Source: Dicyema japonicum | Lineage: Eukaryota; Animalia; Dicyemida | Direction of reading: 5' to 3' | DNA: 64,000 nucleotides | Assembly (NCBI GenBank): GCA_011109175.1 | Contig: RDEW01000013.1 | Coordinates: 1,339,773 to 1,403,772, forward strand | Shown here: piece by piece, positions 12,500-25,800 of the stretch | How the letters are laid out: each line of letters starts with the position of its first letter | How positions within the stretch are numbered: position 1 is the stretch's first letter | Program-made: the position numbers and the translations under genes | Notes under the pieces: generated by a model | Told to the model about the DNA's origin: nothing | Database searches by the model: none | Seen by the model: only the letters and a program-made list of their open reading frames with translations

Positions 12500-13120
12500 A
12501 AAATTATAAATAATTTAGATTCCATGGTAATACAATTAAAACTCCTCTACAGGCATCGATACGCCATGCCTCTCCTCAGCTAGCATACTCTCCAAAGTCT
12601 TCCTTAACACTAGAGTTTGTATAGACCAACACTAGACCATATCCTCCCTTGAGTGCATCCAGGAGACCCTTGAAGAATCTGGAGACAATTCCATCCCAGG
12701 TGATGACCACAGAGATTATTTTTACTTTACGCGATGGATAATCACAAGTTCGTTCTTGTGAAACAAGTTGCAAAGTGATCGACGGTCTTCTTTGCAGAGT
12801 TACAATGTCCGCATAGTTTCCCGTTATCTAAAAACATGTATCGATCCTGAAGTAGACACAGCGTTCCCTCGGTTATAAGGGAGAGATTTCCGTACATTAG
12901 CATCCAGAGGATTCAGCAATATTCACTTCAGTGTCTTTCAAACATGCATAGATATCTTCCTAATTTTTCCCAGTAGATATTCATGTTGTATTTACATCAA
13001 ATTCAACATTGACAAGTCTTCACATATTCAACCATTTCTTTCTCTAACAGTATTGCTTTAGAAGTACCAGACTAATGTTTATAATTTCAATATGTTTACA
13101 AAGAAACATTAAGTGCAACA
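12500..13120 (-). mobile_element. Degenerate R4/NeSL-like RLE retrotransposon, 3' part
   Basis: KVKIISVVITWDGIVSRFFK matches the VIPIVMTWEGIATKYHK motif of 61912-62220. Confidence 0.6.
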
Positions 13121-13649
13121 TCGTTAAGGTTTGGGAAATTTCGGGAACCGCGTGGGTTTTGTGATCCACTCGGATTTGCCGAGTCAATGTTTACTGTCTC
13201 TTGGAAGCTGGGTCTGTTCATTTTATATTTAATAATAAATATGAATTCAAATATTATGAATTGATGTCCATAGAATCTATGGTCTATGGCATACATCACA
13301 ATAGTACATGATTGGATCTAATAATACAACCAAAGAACCTTCCATGTCTCGGATTAATTACCAAACTTTCTTTAAAGAGGGAGTTCTGCCTAAGCGGTGA
13401 TTAGTAATGAAAACATTACCCATTCATAGCAGAATTACGAAATAATTATAATAAATTCTCAACATTAAACTCTTACCGAAAAACTGGAAGGTAAGCCTCT
13501 ATTAAAGCAATTGGGGTTATTAAAGCATCCAAGATTAATATTTGAGGGGATATTCAATGGGCTTGGAAGTGACACAAGAATAGTATTCAACTATTAAGCT
13601 TGACAATCCACAACACAGGAAAATAGCAATAAATTTATAAATCATATAT

Positions 13650-14489
13650 TTATAAATGAAGCACACACATGAAGTGCCATAAACATCACAGCAAACACAA
13701 TCCTCCCAGTATCAGAGTCATCACCTCATATATTCAATACTTCCCCAATTCCTCATCCATTGCATTACTTCCGTCAGTAACAACTTCTCCTTTCTCAATA
13801 AATTGTCTTATAGCAGCATTTTCATTCAAAATCAAGGAATTTTGTAATTCAATGGAGTTGAGTTTCTTCACCATTTCTCATTGAGAGTCAACTGACGGCA
13901 AAGAATTAAGGATTCTGGTGGTTCGGTAATGATTGTTTACGGAGGAAGCCAACAGTCCAATCAAAGCACCGAAAACAGACAAAATCAAAGACAAATATTT
14001 CGCACTTTCAGCACGGAGACGTTCCTTCTCGTGACTGTCCCTCAAAGCAGTAGAAAAAGGTCGAAGTGATCTCTTTCACTTTTCGATGTCCTCTCCATCT
14101 CATCCTTTATTTCTCGTTCCCTGAGTAACATTTCATGCTCCTGGAGTTATTTTATGATCAACCCTTGTAATCAAATTTACATATTCCGGGTTCGACCGAT
14201 CCAGTTTATCTAGTTTGTAGCGAATCGTTGATATCGACTCGTGTTGCTGTTTTAGTTGGTTTTGTAGATCGTAGCGGACTTTCTGGGCAGCCAGTAGGTT
14301 CCGTTCAGCCTGGATTTTATGTAGGACATTACCTGGATGATGTAGTCGTGGGATTTTCGTAGTTCTGATATTCCGAACTGATTTTCGTATTTTTCATACA
14401 ACTTTGATGGAATCAGTTTAATAATTTTGGTAAAATTTAAAAATATCTTTGATCTATTAATTTCACACAGAACCCAACAAATTAAGCAT
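13650..14489 (-). CDS. CCDC51: Mitochondrial potassium channel / coiled-coil domain-containing protein 51
   Basis: Introns at 14454-14478, 14310-14332 and 14141-14162. Spliced protein has [79 protein letters not shown], matching the CCDC51 core. One T is missing in a run near 14055. The 3' end is uncertain because of three in-frame TGA codons before the TAA at 13650. Confidence 0.85.
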
Positions 14490-15289
14490 GGCTTTTTAAA
14501 ATAATATTAATTTTAAATATTTAAATAAATCAAAATTCCCTCCCATTCTTTAAATAGTATAAATCGTTGTGAACAATGAATCTAAGAAGAATGTGACTTC
14601 CATTATAATCGTCACATTCAATTTGTCGTATCGAAGAAGACATGTGAACCTATGGCTAGTGACTTCGAATTGAAACTGATGAATCACACAGAAATAATAG
14701 TTTTGTTCTACTCAGATTTGAATGGTAATCTTATTTTTTCATTTTTATCGTGTGCTTATCTAAAGACCCACCACTTATCGAGAGACCACACTGAGAGTGC
14801 ATAATTCCATGCACACATGCATATTCTGTCCGAGAATTATGCTTTGATTGCATGCCGTTGTTGGTTTCTGGGATCTCATAGACCAACTTAATTTTTATTA
14901 AAAAGCCACAAGATAACCAGAAAGAAGGTTTTATGTTAACGAATTAAGATTTCCTAGTTTTTAGTAACTTCTTGACTCTCCTCAGGTTGTCCGACAAAGA
15001 TCCCATTGTTTTCCGTAAGTGTATTCTAGATTTTCTGAAAAAAAAACACATTCAAAGTATCTTTCTTCGAGACATCTGGATTTTTTAGCTTTGGTAACCC
15101 TTACCTCAAATAAGTTTTCTGGTTTTTAAATAAATTTGGATAGACCAGTTTTGGTGCTAATGTATTAGCAATAATGACCAAAATTAAAATAATTTATCAA
15201 AAATTAAATTAACTATGCTTTTCACGTGGCCATCAAGAACGCACAGTTTTTTTGGTAACTCGGGAGAAAAGAGAGCTCAAATCTCTTAT

Positions 15290-15700
15290 TTAAATATAGA
15301 GTGCACCTATAGAGCAGGAGTGCGAGTCGTAGTCTACTCTGAAGGATTTTGAAGTTCTTATCTCAGGACCAAGAATTCCGTATAAAAAAGAATAATTGAA
15401 GAACAACCACATAAGAAATGCGGTCGACATTTTTAGTTATATCAATAGACAAAAAGACGGTTGTTTCAGGTGGGAGATTTGTTGAATACAAAGTGACGAC
15501 AGGTTGTTGGGAGTGTAATCACGGAGTAATTTACAATGCTCAGTTGTCTGCTATTATCATCTAATGTCATTAACATATGAATAGGTTGTATAGTTCCAGG
15601 TCTCGCACGAGCTGGAGTTTTATATACATAGGATTGATTCCTCTGGCATTTAGGGTGCCAAAAAAGAACGGATTGGTGGATATCAATCGTGAAATAGATA
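15290..15700 (-). mobile_element. RTE-like LINE endonuclease N-terminal remnant
   Basis: FGTLNARGINPMYIKLQLVRDLELYNL aligns with LGSLNCRGLNQCYKKQQLARDLSKYNI of the intact copy. Confidence 0.65.
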
Positions 15701-15757
15701 TTTGTGTGAGATATTCACGTCACCACGTCAGACAAATAATGAATTATTACTACAATT

Positions 15758-16360
15758 AATTTATTTATTTATTTAATAACCCCGAAAAGGGAACACCAAG
15801 AAAGAAGGAGTAATCCAACTAATTAAGTGATCCCGGTACGCCTCAACAGGATCGAGAGGTTTTTCTTGTGTTCCTCCAGAGTATCCACGGCTTTCCTGAA
15901 TAGACGACGATCATCTTTCATTAGGGTTTGAAGAGGAGTGGGGTTTTTCTCCAAATTTCGTGTATTTGAAGCCTTTAGCCTTGAATGGAAGAAACGACTT
16001 GTTTCTTGGCCACACAGACAGATGAAGCCGGAGCCATTATTTTTGATTGCGGCGTGGTCAAGCATTGGAGGGAAAAGATCGGGGGTAGATTCGTTTGACG
16101 TGCTAGTTTTCCAATTAGGGTATTGATCTTGAGTGAATTTGATATCGAAGCTCCATAGGCCCATGAGGCACAAGCGTACTCAATCGTCGGTTTTAGGAGT
16201 TGATTGAACACGACAAGGGCGCATTCCTGTGAAGGTTTGGACTTCAAGAGCGGTTTGATTATATTAAGTTTCCTGAGACCCTTTGTCATGACGTTCTTCA
16301 CATGTTGAGAAAATGTCATCAAAGGGTCAAATGTCACTCCCAGGATAGTTGGACGAATCT
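15758..16360 (-). mobile_element. 5'-truncated Jockey/I-like LINE
   Basis: ILGVTFDPLMTFSQHVK..LKPTIEYACASW, ending RRTGIT*, then a 3' UTR and (TAAA)n tail. Confidence 0.85.
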
Positions 16361-16499
16361 GTAGTGGATATCCGAAGCAAAAAAAAACTAACAATTTTGA
16401 TAGTTAATAATTAAATAATAAATTTTTAAAAAATATTTAAATATATCACGTTTTGTACATATTCATGTTGTCTTGTATTATGATAAAATTATAGATTTG

Positions 16500-16751
16500 A
16501 TGCCTTCTGATTTGCTGTACCCATTACCTCAGACTGAGAAAAGAAAGAACAAACTGAAACGTTTGGTACCATCCCCCAACTCATATTTCATGGATGTTCG
16601 TTGTAGTGGATGTAACACAATAACCACAATATTCAGCCACTCTCAGACCGTAGTGAATTGTCCAGGATGTAGTTTTCCATTGTGTTACCCCAAAGGGGGG
16701 AAATGCAAACTCAGAGATGGCTGTCAGTTTCGCATTAAAGTGGATCAGTAG
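16500..16751 (+). CDS. RPS27: 40S ribosomal protein S27 (eS27)
   Basis: [59 protein letters not shown]; CDS has no intron. The true ATG is at 16500, not the ORF-track start at 16473. Confidence 0.97.
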   Translation: MPSDLLYPLPQTEKRKNKLKRLVPSPNSYFMDVRCSGCNTITTIFSHSQTVVNCPGCSFPLCYPKGGKCKLRDGCQFRIKVDQ

Positions 16752-18589
16752 TTCGCATATTTGTTGATTCACTTTTCGTTCTTTTAATCTGTATTTTGAA
16801 CTTATTCTTTTTTGATGAGTGCAAATTTGCTTTCTGATCGGTTTGACTTATTATTTGATGATGCTTTTAGTTTTACTTAAGAACATTGTAGATAATTGTG
16901 TTATGTGTTTAGCATATAATGTAGAGGGTTTATTGCCATTTGATAGTTGGTTATATTTGTATTCTCCCATTCGTACTGTGCGTGTATTTGTTTAATGTTT
17001 ATTTTGGCTAACTTTAAGGGTTAATGTATTTATTTTGGTTATTTTGTGCAGTTTTGGTTTTTAGTATTTATTAGTTAGTAAACTGTCTTTATGGGTTGTT
17101 TGCTTTAGTAAACGTTAATCTAAGTTGGCTTTGTAGCATATTTGTCTCGATTTCTGTGTCTTTTATACTTGATTGGTTAGCTTGATATGTAAGATCTGAG
17201 TGGATCTGCTTTCTTTACTAGTATTTTATTAAGTACTGATACGCCGAGAGAGGCAACAACTTATTAAGCGTTTCGGGTTCACAGAGACGCAGAGAAAAGC
17301 GTTCTTTTATGCACGCAAATCCATTCAGAACCAGAGGAAAGAGAAAACCAGTCAAGTGTTTACAATTGTGTGAACTTCTCTAAAGATAATCTGAGGTAGA
17401 GCGAATAATCTTTTTTGATGGCGTCCTAGCACTAGACGAGTGGATTACACGTCACTAATAGACGTATGAAGAGTGGAAACAAACAATGAAAGAGAAATCT
17501 TTGACCAAGGATGTATTTTTTTGATTATTTTGTATGAATTAGTTTTATTATGATTTATTTTAAAAAAATGAATTAATAATTCTATTATTACTCTCGCATC
17601 AAAACTGACTATTATCCGTATTTACGAGCGGAAATTTGATGCTAACAAAATAGTAAATGCTAATAGTGGACGCTCCTGCTGATTTGGCTTGTTGATGTCT
17701 CTAAGATAGAAAGGGCACAAAGACTAAACTGATCGTTCAATTCTGCTTATATGGGTTGGAAACCTTATTAGAGACTTCCTAAGTGAACAGAAACTTTTCG
17801 TTGAGTTAGGCTTGGGTTCCTTTAATGTTGGTGGGGTGACGTACCAAATATATCCTCATGGTCATCTTTATGACCAATAGTAACATATGAAAACTTGAAA
17901 TTTATTATCGGTAAAAACTATCCAGACTATTTTTCACGTGTCTTCGCTTCCAATTTTATCCAAGATTTTGTCCGACATTTCACTATTATCATTTTTCCAC
18001 AGTAGATTGGTTCCACGGGTGGACTCTTACGATGTAGAGTCAAGAAAAGCAAAGAACGTCATAGATAATCGCGGACGTCCAATAGATCGTCAGATGTAAA
18101 TTATGCTATGTACAGTTGCTTGTATATATGCGTGTATGTTTACATCCATCTCCAACTGCAAAAGTATTCTTGTGTTATTTAGTCACAGTCCTGTCTCGTG
18201 TTATTCCAACCGAGAGTTATACAGTGACAGCTATGACTGCGTGCCTATTTTAAATTTTTTCAAATAGTCAGCAGCGCTCACGGTGATCTCCTCTTCGTGT
18301 AGACATCTGATTCTCTTTACAAGTGGTCCCAACTTTATTTTACTGCGGCAGTAAGTGTTAGACAATCTTATGCCGCAAAAGGGGTAGATTGGTAATTTTG
18401 AAACATATGTTTCGTCGCACCAACAACATAATATTAAAATAAATGCCTCGAAATTATAATAAATGTATCATTAAAAAGTTTGCATTTAAATTTTACTTCA
18501 AATTACGCCAAAAAACGAATACAAAATGAATGGAATAGTTTCATTTTAGTTTTTATTAACATTTTAACTTAGCCTGGTACAAATTGGTA

Positions 18590-20020
18590 GACGGACCGAC
18601 ACCGATCCGAATATGCACCGACCGAGATCTCTGAGCTATTAACTGAGATATACAACAAAACATTCAAATACAACTCATCACTGGATGTGGGTAATGGCAC
18701 ACTATTGCACTACAAAAACCGGGCAAAGCTAAAGGCCCCTTAACGAATTTAAGACCCATCGTACTATTGACGACTCTACGCAAGACACTATCACTTATAG
18801 TGCTGAACAGGATTGGATCTGACATCGAGAACTTTCTCTCTCACGGTCAAAGCGGATTCAGGTCAGGGAGATCTACAGCTGATGTGGTCTGGGGACATCG
18901 ATGGCTTTGTGCAACACATCAAAAGTACAAGGGGGCTATTGGCATTTGGCATGGACATGTCCAAAGCCTTTGACTCTATACACAGAGGGAGACTTTTGGA
19001 TATCTTGGAGAAGTTGGTTGACGAGGACAGTGTCAGAATGATCCGCCTATTACTTGGAACAACGCAGCTAAGTGTACGTTTTGGAAATTTGGAGTCTGTC
19101 CCATTCGAGACAACGTTCGGGGTACCGCAGGGAGATTCCTTGTCACCGGTACTTTTTGTGACATATCTGGAGGCGGCACTCAGAGACTTCAGACTATTAA
19201 TTGGCGATCTACCTCAAACTGAAGTGATTTATGCAGATGATTTCGACCATATATCCAGCGACGAGAAAACATTAAACTATATACGGACAAGGATGCCAGA
19301 TGTGCTAGAAAAATGGTTCATCAAAATCAATACGGAAAAGACGGAGACAACTACCATACGCTGTGAACTAACCCGAACTGATGAAAAATGGAGATACTGT
19401 AAAAAATTGGGGTCGTTGCTCGGAGACGCTGAAGATATCGCTAACAGAAAGATGTTGGCCTTCGCGGCCTTCAGAAAAATGGGAGTAGTCTGGAATAATC
19501 GTAGACAAATTAGCACACAATTACGTGTCGTGAAACCGGTCCTAATGTACAACGCTGCAACCTGGGGAGTCTCACAAGCGGTAATGGACAAACTAGATGC
19601 CTTCCATCGCAAACAACTCCGACTGTTGCTTGGCATCAACTGGCCAAAAAAATTACAAACAAGAATCTATACAAAATATGTACTACAAGACCATTGAGTC
19701 TGGATATCCTGGAATCAAGATGGCGTCTGTTTGGTCACATCTTCGAATGAGCCAGATGACGCCTGCTAAAATAGCAATGGAGAACTATTTCTGACCAGAA
19801 GTGAATAACTCGTTCCGTGGAAGACCTCGCATAACTTTGCCAGAGGTTCTACACAAGGACCTGACCAATGTAGGCCGAAAGCTGAAAACAGGAGATGATC
19901 TAGATACGCTCGGAATACCTGTCTGTAACCGCTGAGCATGGAGGAAGTTAGTCAATAGAATTGTGGAAGAAAGAATAACCTGAAGAAAAATACGGCACAA
20001 GCGGAACCTTAATTAAATAA
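18590..20020 (+). mobile_element. 5'-truncated, degenerate RTE-like LINE
   Basis: RT motifs QSGFRSGRST, DMSKAFDS, GVPQGDSLSP and YADD. Clear paralog of 22905-25893, with frameshifts, in-frame TGAs and a taaataaa tail. Confidence 0.92.
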
Positions 20021-20149
20021 ATTACATTTTTGGTTCTTCGAAAGTGCTATTAATAATATAATTATGTGTAAACTAAACAGAACATAGTTTATGTTTTAGC
20101 ATAGTAAAACTCTCAGTTGCCTGTTACATAATTTATTTAAATAAAGTCA

Positions 20150-20610
20150 CGCTGTCAGGAAGCAAGCCACGCTACCAATGAGACTCGGAGGGCTTGGAAT
20201 TCGAAACTCTGTAGACCTTTCTCTCCCTGTATATCGATCGTCGCTAATGGCCTCAACACCCTTGTTAAGAAGATTATAATCTTCCTCTCTGAATTCTCTA
20301 TTTACAAGGACCCCGGCCATGCTCGTGAAGTCTGGTGCTGTACTGATCAGCTTGCCTTGCTCTTCTCGTTTTCTCAAAGGGGCCTGGAGAGTGTTATATG
20401 CTGGAATTCTTTCGAAGATTTGCTAGTGTCATCTAGCCAACATCGCCGTGCTTGTTTGTTGTTGTCTTCCGAGAACGGTGCCTGGCTCAACGCCATTCCC
20501 AATGGAGTTTTGGGTACAATTCTGAATGTTTCTGTATTGGGATCACATTACGACTGAGATTAAATGATGTGTTCCACATCCGTGCCGATTCGGAGACCAG
20601 ATCAACTGTT
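20150..20610 (+). mobile_element. CRE-like retrotransposon remnant
   Basis: RACLLLSSENGAWLNAIP..LG matches SGAWLGAIPCPNL of the copy at 50165. Confidence 0.65.
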
Positions 20611-21222
20611 TTGGCTTGATTATGTTAATGCTAAAACAGCTTTTTGACTTGGGAATAATTGTTTCAGTGAAATCCGAGTTAGACCGTCTGAAATACTGTT
20701 GAAAACCTCTGCTATCGGTTGATAATAACTACTTTAATGAATTTGTTAAATAATTGCCCCCTCTACCGCTATATATGTCGTTTTTCAACGAGACAAGAGG
20801 CTTACTGTTGCAAATCTCTTAATTGGCTCCAGGTTAAATGCATTTACACTGACCATTAACATCAAAAATAATTAAAGTTATGGATTCTGGGGACATTAAC
20901 TCTAACAGAATGTTTTATACATTTTTTGGAGATATCCATGAGACTTTTTAAATATAGCATATTTAAAGTTATTTTAATTAGTTCGAGACTATTATTATTT
21001 GAAATGAAATTGAAAAATTCAATGTATACGTAACACTAACTTATAGATGACAATCTTCTTTGTGAAGGATGAGCATTTATTTGCAAACTGAAAAGCGCTG
21101 AAGATAATGGGGATTTTTGGGGAATTCCATTAGAGAGAAATCGCGGTTTGGACTTTAGTTATAAAGCAGTATGTATAATCATTTATTATTACGTTTACTT
21201 GTTTAAATAAATAGGTTAATGT

Positions 21223-21355
21223 ATGACCGATTTAACAAAAGGCTTTTAGATGCCTCTTTTGCTATTCTGAATAAAATAGACAAAACGTACGTAATTTCAA
21301 GATTAAAATAGTACAACTATGCATAAATACTAAAAAGCAAAATCTTCACAGTTAT
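21223..21355 (+). repeat. ~130-bp direct repeat, left copy (right copy 22639-22768)
   Basis: ccgatttaacaaaaggcttttagatgcctcttttgctattctg..tcttcacagttat versus ccgaattaacaaatgcttttagatggctcttttgctattctg..tcttcacaattat. Each copy abuts one end of the Ginger element. Confidence 0.9.
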
Positions 21356-22639
21356 TGTGGCGCTCCATGCAGGTTACACCAATTTTAGACGTTACACTTT
21401 GACTATGTAACATGACAGTTGATTTTGACAGGTGACGTTTCATTAAAATCGAAATCTCAATTTCAAATATCGTATTTAAGTAAGTGTGGAGGAATAAAAC
21501 GCCACATAGTAATTGTTCAAAAATGAAACTATAATTCATTAAAACCCCTATCTTGACCCTAATCCAACCATAACCCCTAATTTAACCAAACATATCATAA
21601 CCCTAACCATTTACTAATTCAAATCATAACCTAATCCTAGTCATTTTCCTAACCCTACCACTACCTTGACCGTAATTCTATCTATTAAGCTTTATTAACA
21701 TAGGAGTTTAACCTCATTTTATAGTTTATTTAACCTTACAAATACGGGGTCCTTATTTTTGAATTTTTATGATAAAAAGTAAACACAACATGATGACAAA
21801 ATTACAAAACAGAAAGGCGTAAAAAATTTAACTCGAGATTATTTTAATTTGTGATATCAACACATCTTTTTCGCATTCACAATTCCACTTTTATATACCC
21901 TTTTACTTCCATGAAATAGATAAAAAGGGATTTTCTTCGTGGAAGAATGCAAGCTTTTATTATAATCATACACTACCACCAGTCCAAACATGAAATCCAT
22001 TTTTTATTTTGTTGTATGAAAAGTTTTTTTTGTAACCTACGAGTCAACGTTTGGTTACAACGTTCTACCATCGACTTAAATCCACCAAGTCAATTTGAAA
22101 TCTTTCTCGAGGAAACTTTGCTTTAATGTGAATCATAGGAATTTGAGCTTTTAAAGGTTGGCTTTGTGCACATGCTGTGCATTCGGAACATACATCACGT
22201 ATAATGGATCTTTGATGTTGAAATAATAACTGTCGCAAAATTCTTTCAGTTTAATGATTCCATAATGAGTGGTCAAATGCTTTTTCATTCATTCTATCTT
22301 CTAGTTTGAATATCGTCCCGAGCAATAACACGTTTATGAGCCTCATCACTTGTAAAGAGCTTAGAATCTTCCAACAAGAAAAAATTGTTTTTCTTAATAA
22401 ACCGAAATTTTTGTATTCGTGTAAAATTATGCTTGCATTGTAGATGTGCAACAAAATTATTGTACACTTGGCTAGTCCTGATCATACTTTTAATATGCAT
22501 TTTTCTAACACAGATAATTCGATTTATGAATAAATAGTGAATTAATTGTGGTTAATAGATTTTAGCTGTCAATAACCAAAAAAAATCCAAGGTCAAAGTG
22601 TAACGCCTAAAATTGGTGTAACCTGCATGGAGCGCGACA
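21356..22639 (-). mobile_element. Ginger-type (integrase-like DDE) DNA transposon, internally deleted
   Basis: ~49-bp TIRs start TGT: tgtggcgctccatgcaggttacaccaattttagacgttacactttgac / gtcaaagtgtaacgcctaaaattggtgtaacctgcatggagcgcgaca. Minus-strand remnant VCSECTACAQ..PRERFQIDLVD resembles KRBA2/SCAND3-type integrases. Confidence 0.8.
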
Positions 22640-22874
22640 TGCCGAATTAACAAATGCTTTTAGATGGCTCTTTTGCTATTCTGACTAAAATAGACAAAGC
22701 GTACGTAATTTCGAGAGTAAAATAGTACAACTATGATAAATACAAAAAAGTATCATCTTCACAATTATGGATAAAATAAAATTATCTTTAATTTATGTTT
22801 ATTAATATTTTATTAATTTTATTTGATTTTATATTAATAAAATTTTGATTAACTGTGACAATAACGTTGTGTGA

Positions 22875-25800
22875 ATGTTCCAATTACTAGGTATATAATA
22901 ATAACTATGTCTTCTTCGTATTGCTTACCAGTTTCTCCCCTCACTCTTGGATCCCTCAACTGCCGAGGCCTCAATCAGTGCTACAAGAAACAACAATTGG
23001 CGCGTGATCTGAGTAAATACAACATCTCTGTATGTTGTTTGCAAGAGACGAAAATAACCGAACAAACTGCAGAACTGTTTCAGAATTTTTACCTTTTGAC
23101 CCTCACACCAGACTGCAGGCACTATGGGCTCGGATTTGCTGTTCATCGGCACTTGTTTCACTGTGTCTCAAGAGTATGGGCAGTATCTGACCGTGTCGCG
23201 GTGTTACAAATCAAATGCGGAAACAAACTCAACTCAGTGATCTCCATCATAAATGTATATGCCCCAACCGGAGCACGTGTATCAACGAATATCGAAGAAC
23301 TGGATACGTTTTACTCTACTCTCACAAGTGTGTACAACTCACTTTCATCCTCTTACTTTCTTTTTATCGCCGGGGACTGGAACGCCAGGGCCGGAAAAGC
23401 AAGACCTGGTGAAACGTGTATTGGATCCCACGGTAGAAACCGCCGTAACATCCCCGGAGAGGCATTAATACAATTTTGCACGGCATTCAACCTACTCATA
23501 TGCAACACTTGTTTCAAGCACCCGGCAAGACACAGGACCACGTGGGTTGGTACCAGAAAAGGCAAATCTGGAAACACAGTCAATATATACAATCAGATCG
23601 ACTATATTATCTGCAAGCAACATCAGAAGGCCCTCCTACAGGACTCGAGATCTTACGGTGGACTTGAAACAAGTAGCGATCATAAACTTGTGGTCGCCCG
23701 GCTAGTACTTAAAAGAATCCATGGAATACACGGGAAACACAAAGGCCTTACCTCAGTACGTTTCGACACTGAGAGGTTACGCTACGAAGAATCCACCAAA
23801 TGTCGTTATAGTGCAGTTCTGAGAGATAGCATCAACAGTATTAACCAAAATCAGCCGACAAACAGCTTATGGGATGAAATAGTGGTTGCTATCCAAAACA
23901 CAGCCTTTAGTGTGCTTGGTCACATCACCAAATCTCGTCACAAACAATGTAATCCGGATATCGGACAACTCTCTGTAACACAGAAAGAGCTCAGACTCCG
24001 GATGGAAAACACAAACGCTCCGGAAGATATCAAAGTACTGCGCACCCAGAGAGGGAGAGTCTTAACGAAGATCAAACAAATACAAAGATTCCTTGCCAAA
24101 AATGAAGCTGAGGAGAAAATCTCAGACATATTAAAGTACAAGAACGGACCAAGAATGTTCAAAGCAATCCGGCTTCTTAGCAGAGAAAACTGTCCAATTT
24201 CGTTAACTGTCCATGACAACCTTGGTCACGACGTTATCGGGACCATTAACAAAGCAAACGTTCTGGCATCCCATTTTGACCTTATGTTCAACAAACAGGA
24301 CGCGGCTGACCAAGCAATGAAATCTCGGAAGTCTTACAAGTACACTCTAACTAGCCCTATTACCATATCCGAAACTCAACAAGCTATTAAAAAATTAAAT
24401 ACCGGAAGATCTGCCGGACCAGACTTCATTACTGCAGAACTTTTACAATACGGCCCGGAGGAGCTAATTGAAATGATTACTAACATTTTCAACCGGTCTC
24501 TCGAGGGTGCAGATGAACTGGAACTGGGAAAAGGGTGGCTAATTCCACTACAAAAACCGGGAAAAAGTAAAGGCCCCCTCACAACTTCAGACCTATTATA
24601 CTCCTAACCTCCATACGAAAAACATTATCCCTCATTGCTTTAAACCGAATAAAGGAGAGGGTGAACATATTTCTTTCGGACGGCCAAAGTGGATTCCGGA
24701 CGGGCAGGTCCACGGCTGACGTGGTATGGGGGCACAGGTGGTATTGTGCCCTGTGCCAAAAATACAAAAAATCTATTGAGATACTTGGTATCGACATGTC
24801 CCGTGCGTTCGACTCGGTGGACCGTGGAAAACTTATGGAAGTGTTGGAGAGTTTTCTACTGCCTGACGATGTCAAAATAATACACTTACTCATGCGGAAC
24901 ACTCAACTTGCCGTCAAAATTGGTGACTCTACCTCTAACTTTTTTTCGACCTCACGTGGAGTTCCACAGGGGGACTCACTATCCCCGGTCCTCTTTATTG
25001 TCTACCTTGAGGCCGCACTAAGAGAGTTCAGACCCCTGGTTGGCAACAATTATAACGAGATAATCTACGCGGACGACCTGGACTTTGTTTCTGAGGATAT
25101 TCAAGTACTTCAACACATGCTTAACGTTCTTCCACACGTATTCTCGAAATGGTTCTTAACCGTTAACACCGATAAAACAGAGTTCACAACACTTACACGC
25201 AATGATCGAAGATCGGACGAGTCTTGGAGAAAGCAAAAGAAGGTGGGTTCGCTTCTCGGGGACTCAGAAGATGTTTCTCGGAGGAAAATCCTCGCAATGT
25301 GTGCACTAAAGAAAGTATCGAATATGTGGGGTCATAAGAAGAGGATGGGATTAAACACCAAACTCAGAATATATAAGGCTTTTGTCATCCCCGTCCTGAC
25401 CTACAATTCAGGCACTTGGGGAATCTCTAAACAAGAGATGGACCGTCTTGACGCTTTCCACAGGACACAATTGAAATCAGTAATCAAGATCAAGTGGCCT
25501 AAGAAGATCTCAAACAATGACCTCTACTCGAAGTGCAAATCTGGTATACTATCCGAGGAGATCTTCAGATCAAGATGGAGTCTCTTTGGACATATCTTAC
25601 GTCTAAATGCTCAAGTACCCGCGAATATCGCCATGGAAAACTACCTAATGCATACGGGAGCCGGTTTCCGTGGAAGACCAAGAGTCACACTCCCAACTAT
25701 TTTGAATGGAGACCTATCGGCTGTGGGACTGAAGCTCACTTCCGCAGACGACTTAGATACCTTAAGGGAACTGGCACGAAGTAGAGGGTCCTGGAAAAGG

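Noticed and set aside
19981-19983. Third in-frame TGA in the RTE copy as recoding evidence
   Set aside because: Alignment with the intact copy (NTAQ) shows a frameshift just upstream, so this TGA is out of frame.
24570-24661. Two-ORF LINE or programmed frameshift between APE and RT
   Set aside because: Adding one A restores the conserved NFRPI motif, and the paralog at 18740 is continuous here; it is a single-ORF element with an indel.
22925-25784. Numerous short ORFs overlapping the RTE on both strands
   Set aside because: Shadow ORFs of the GC-richer LINE coding sequence.
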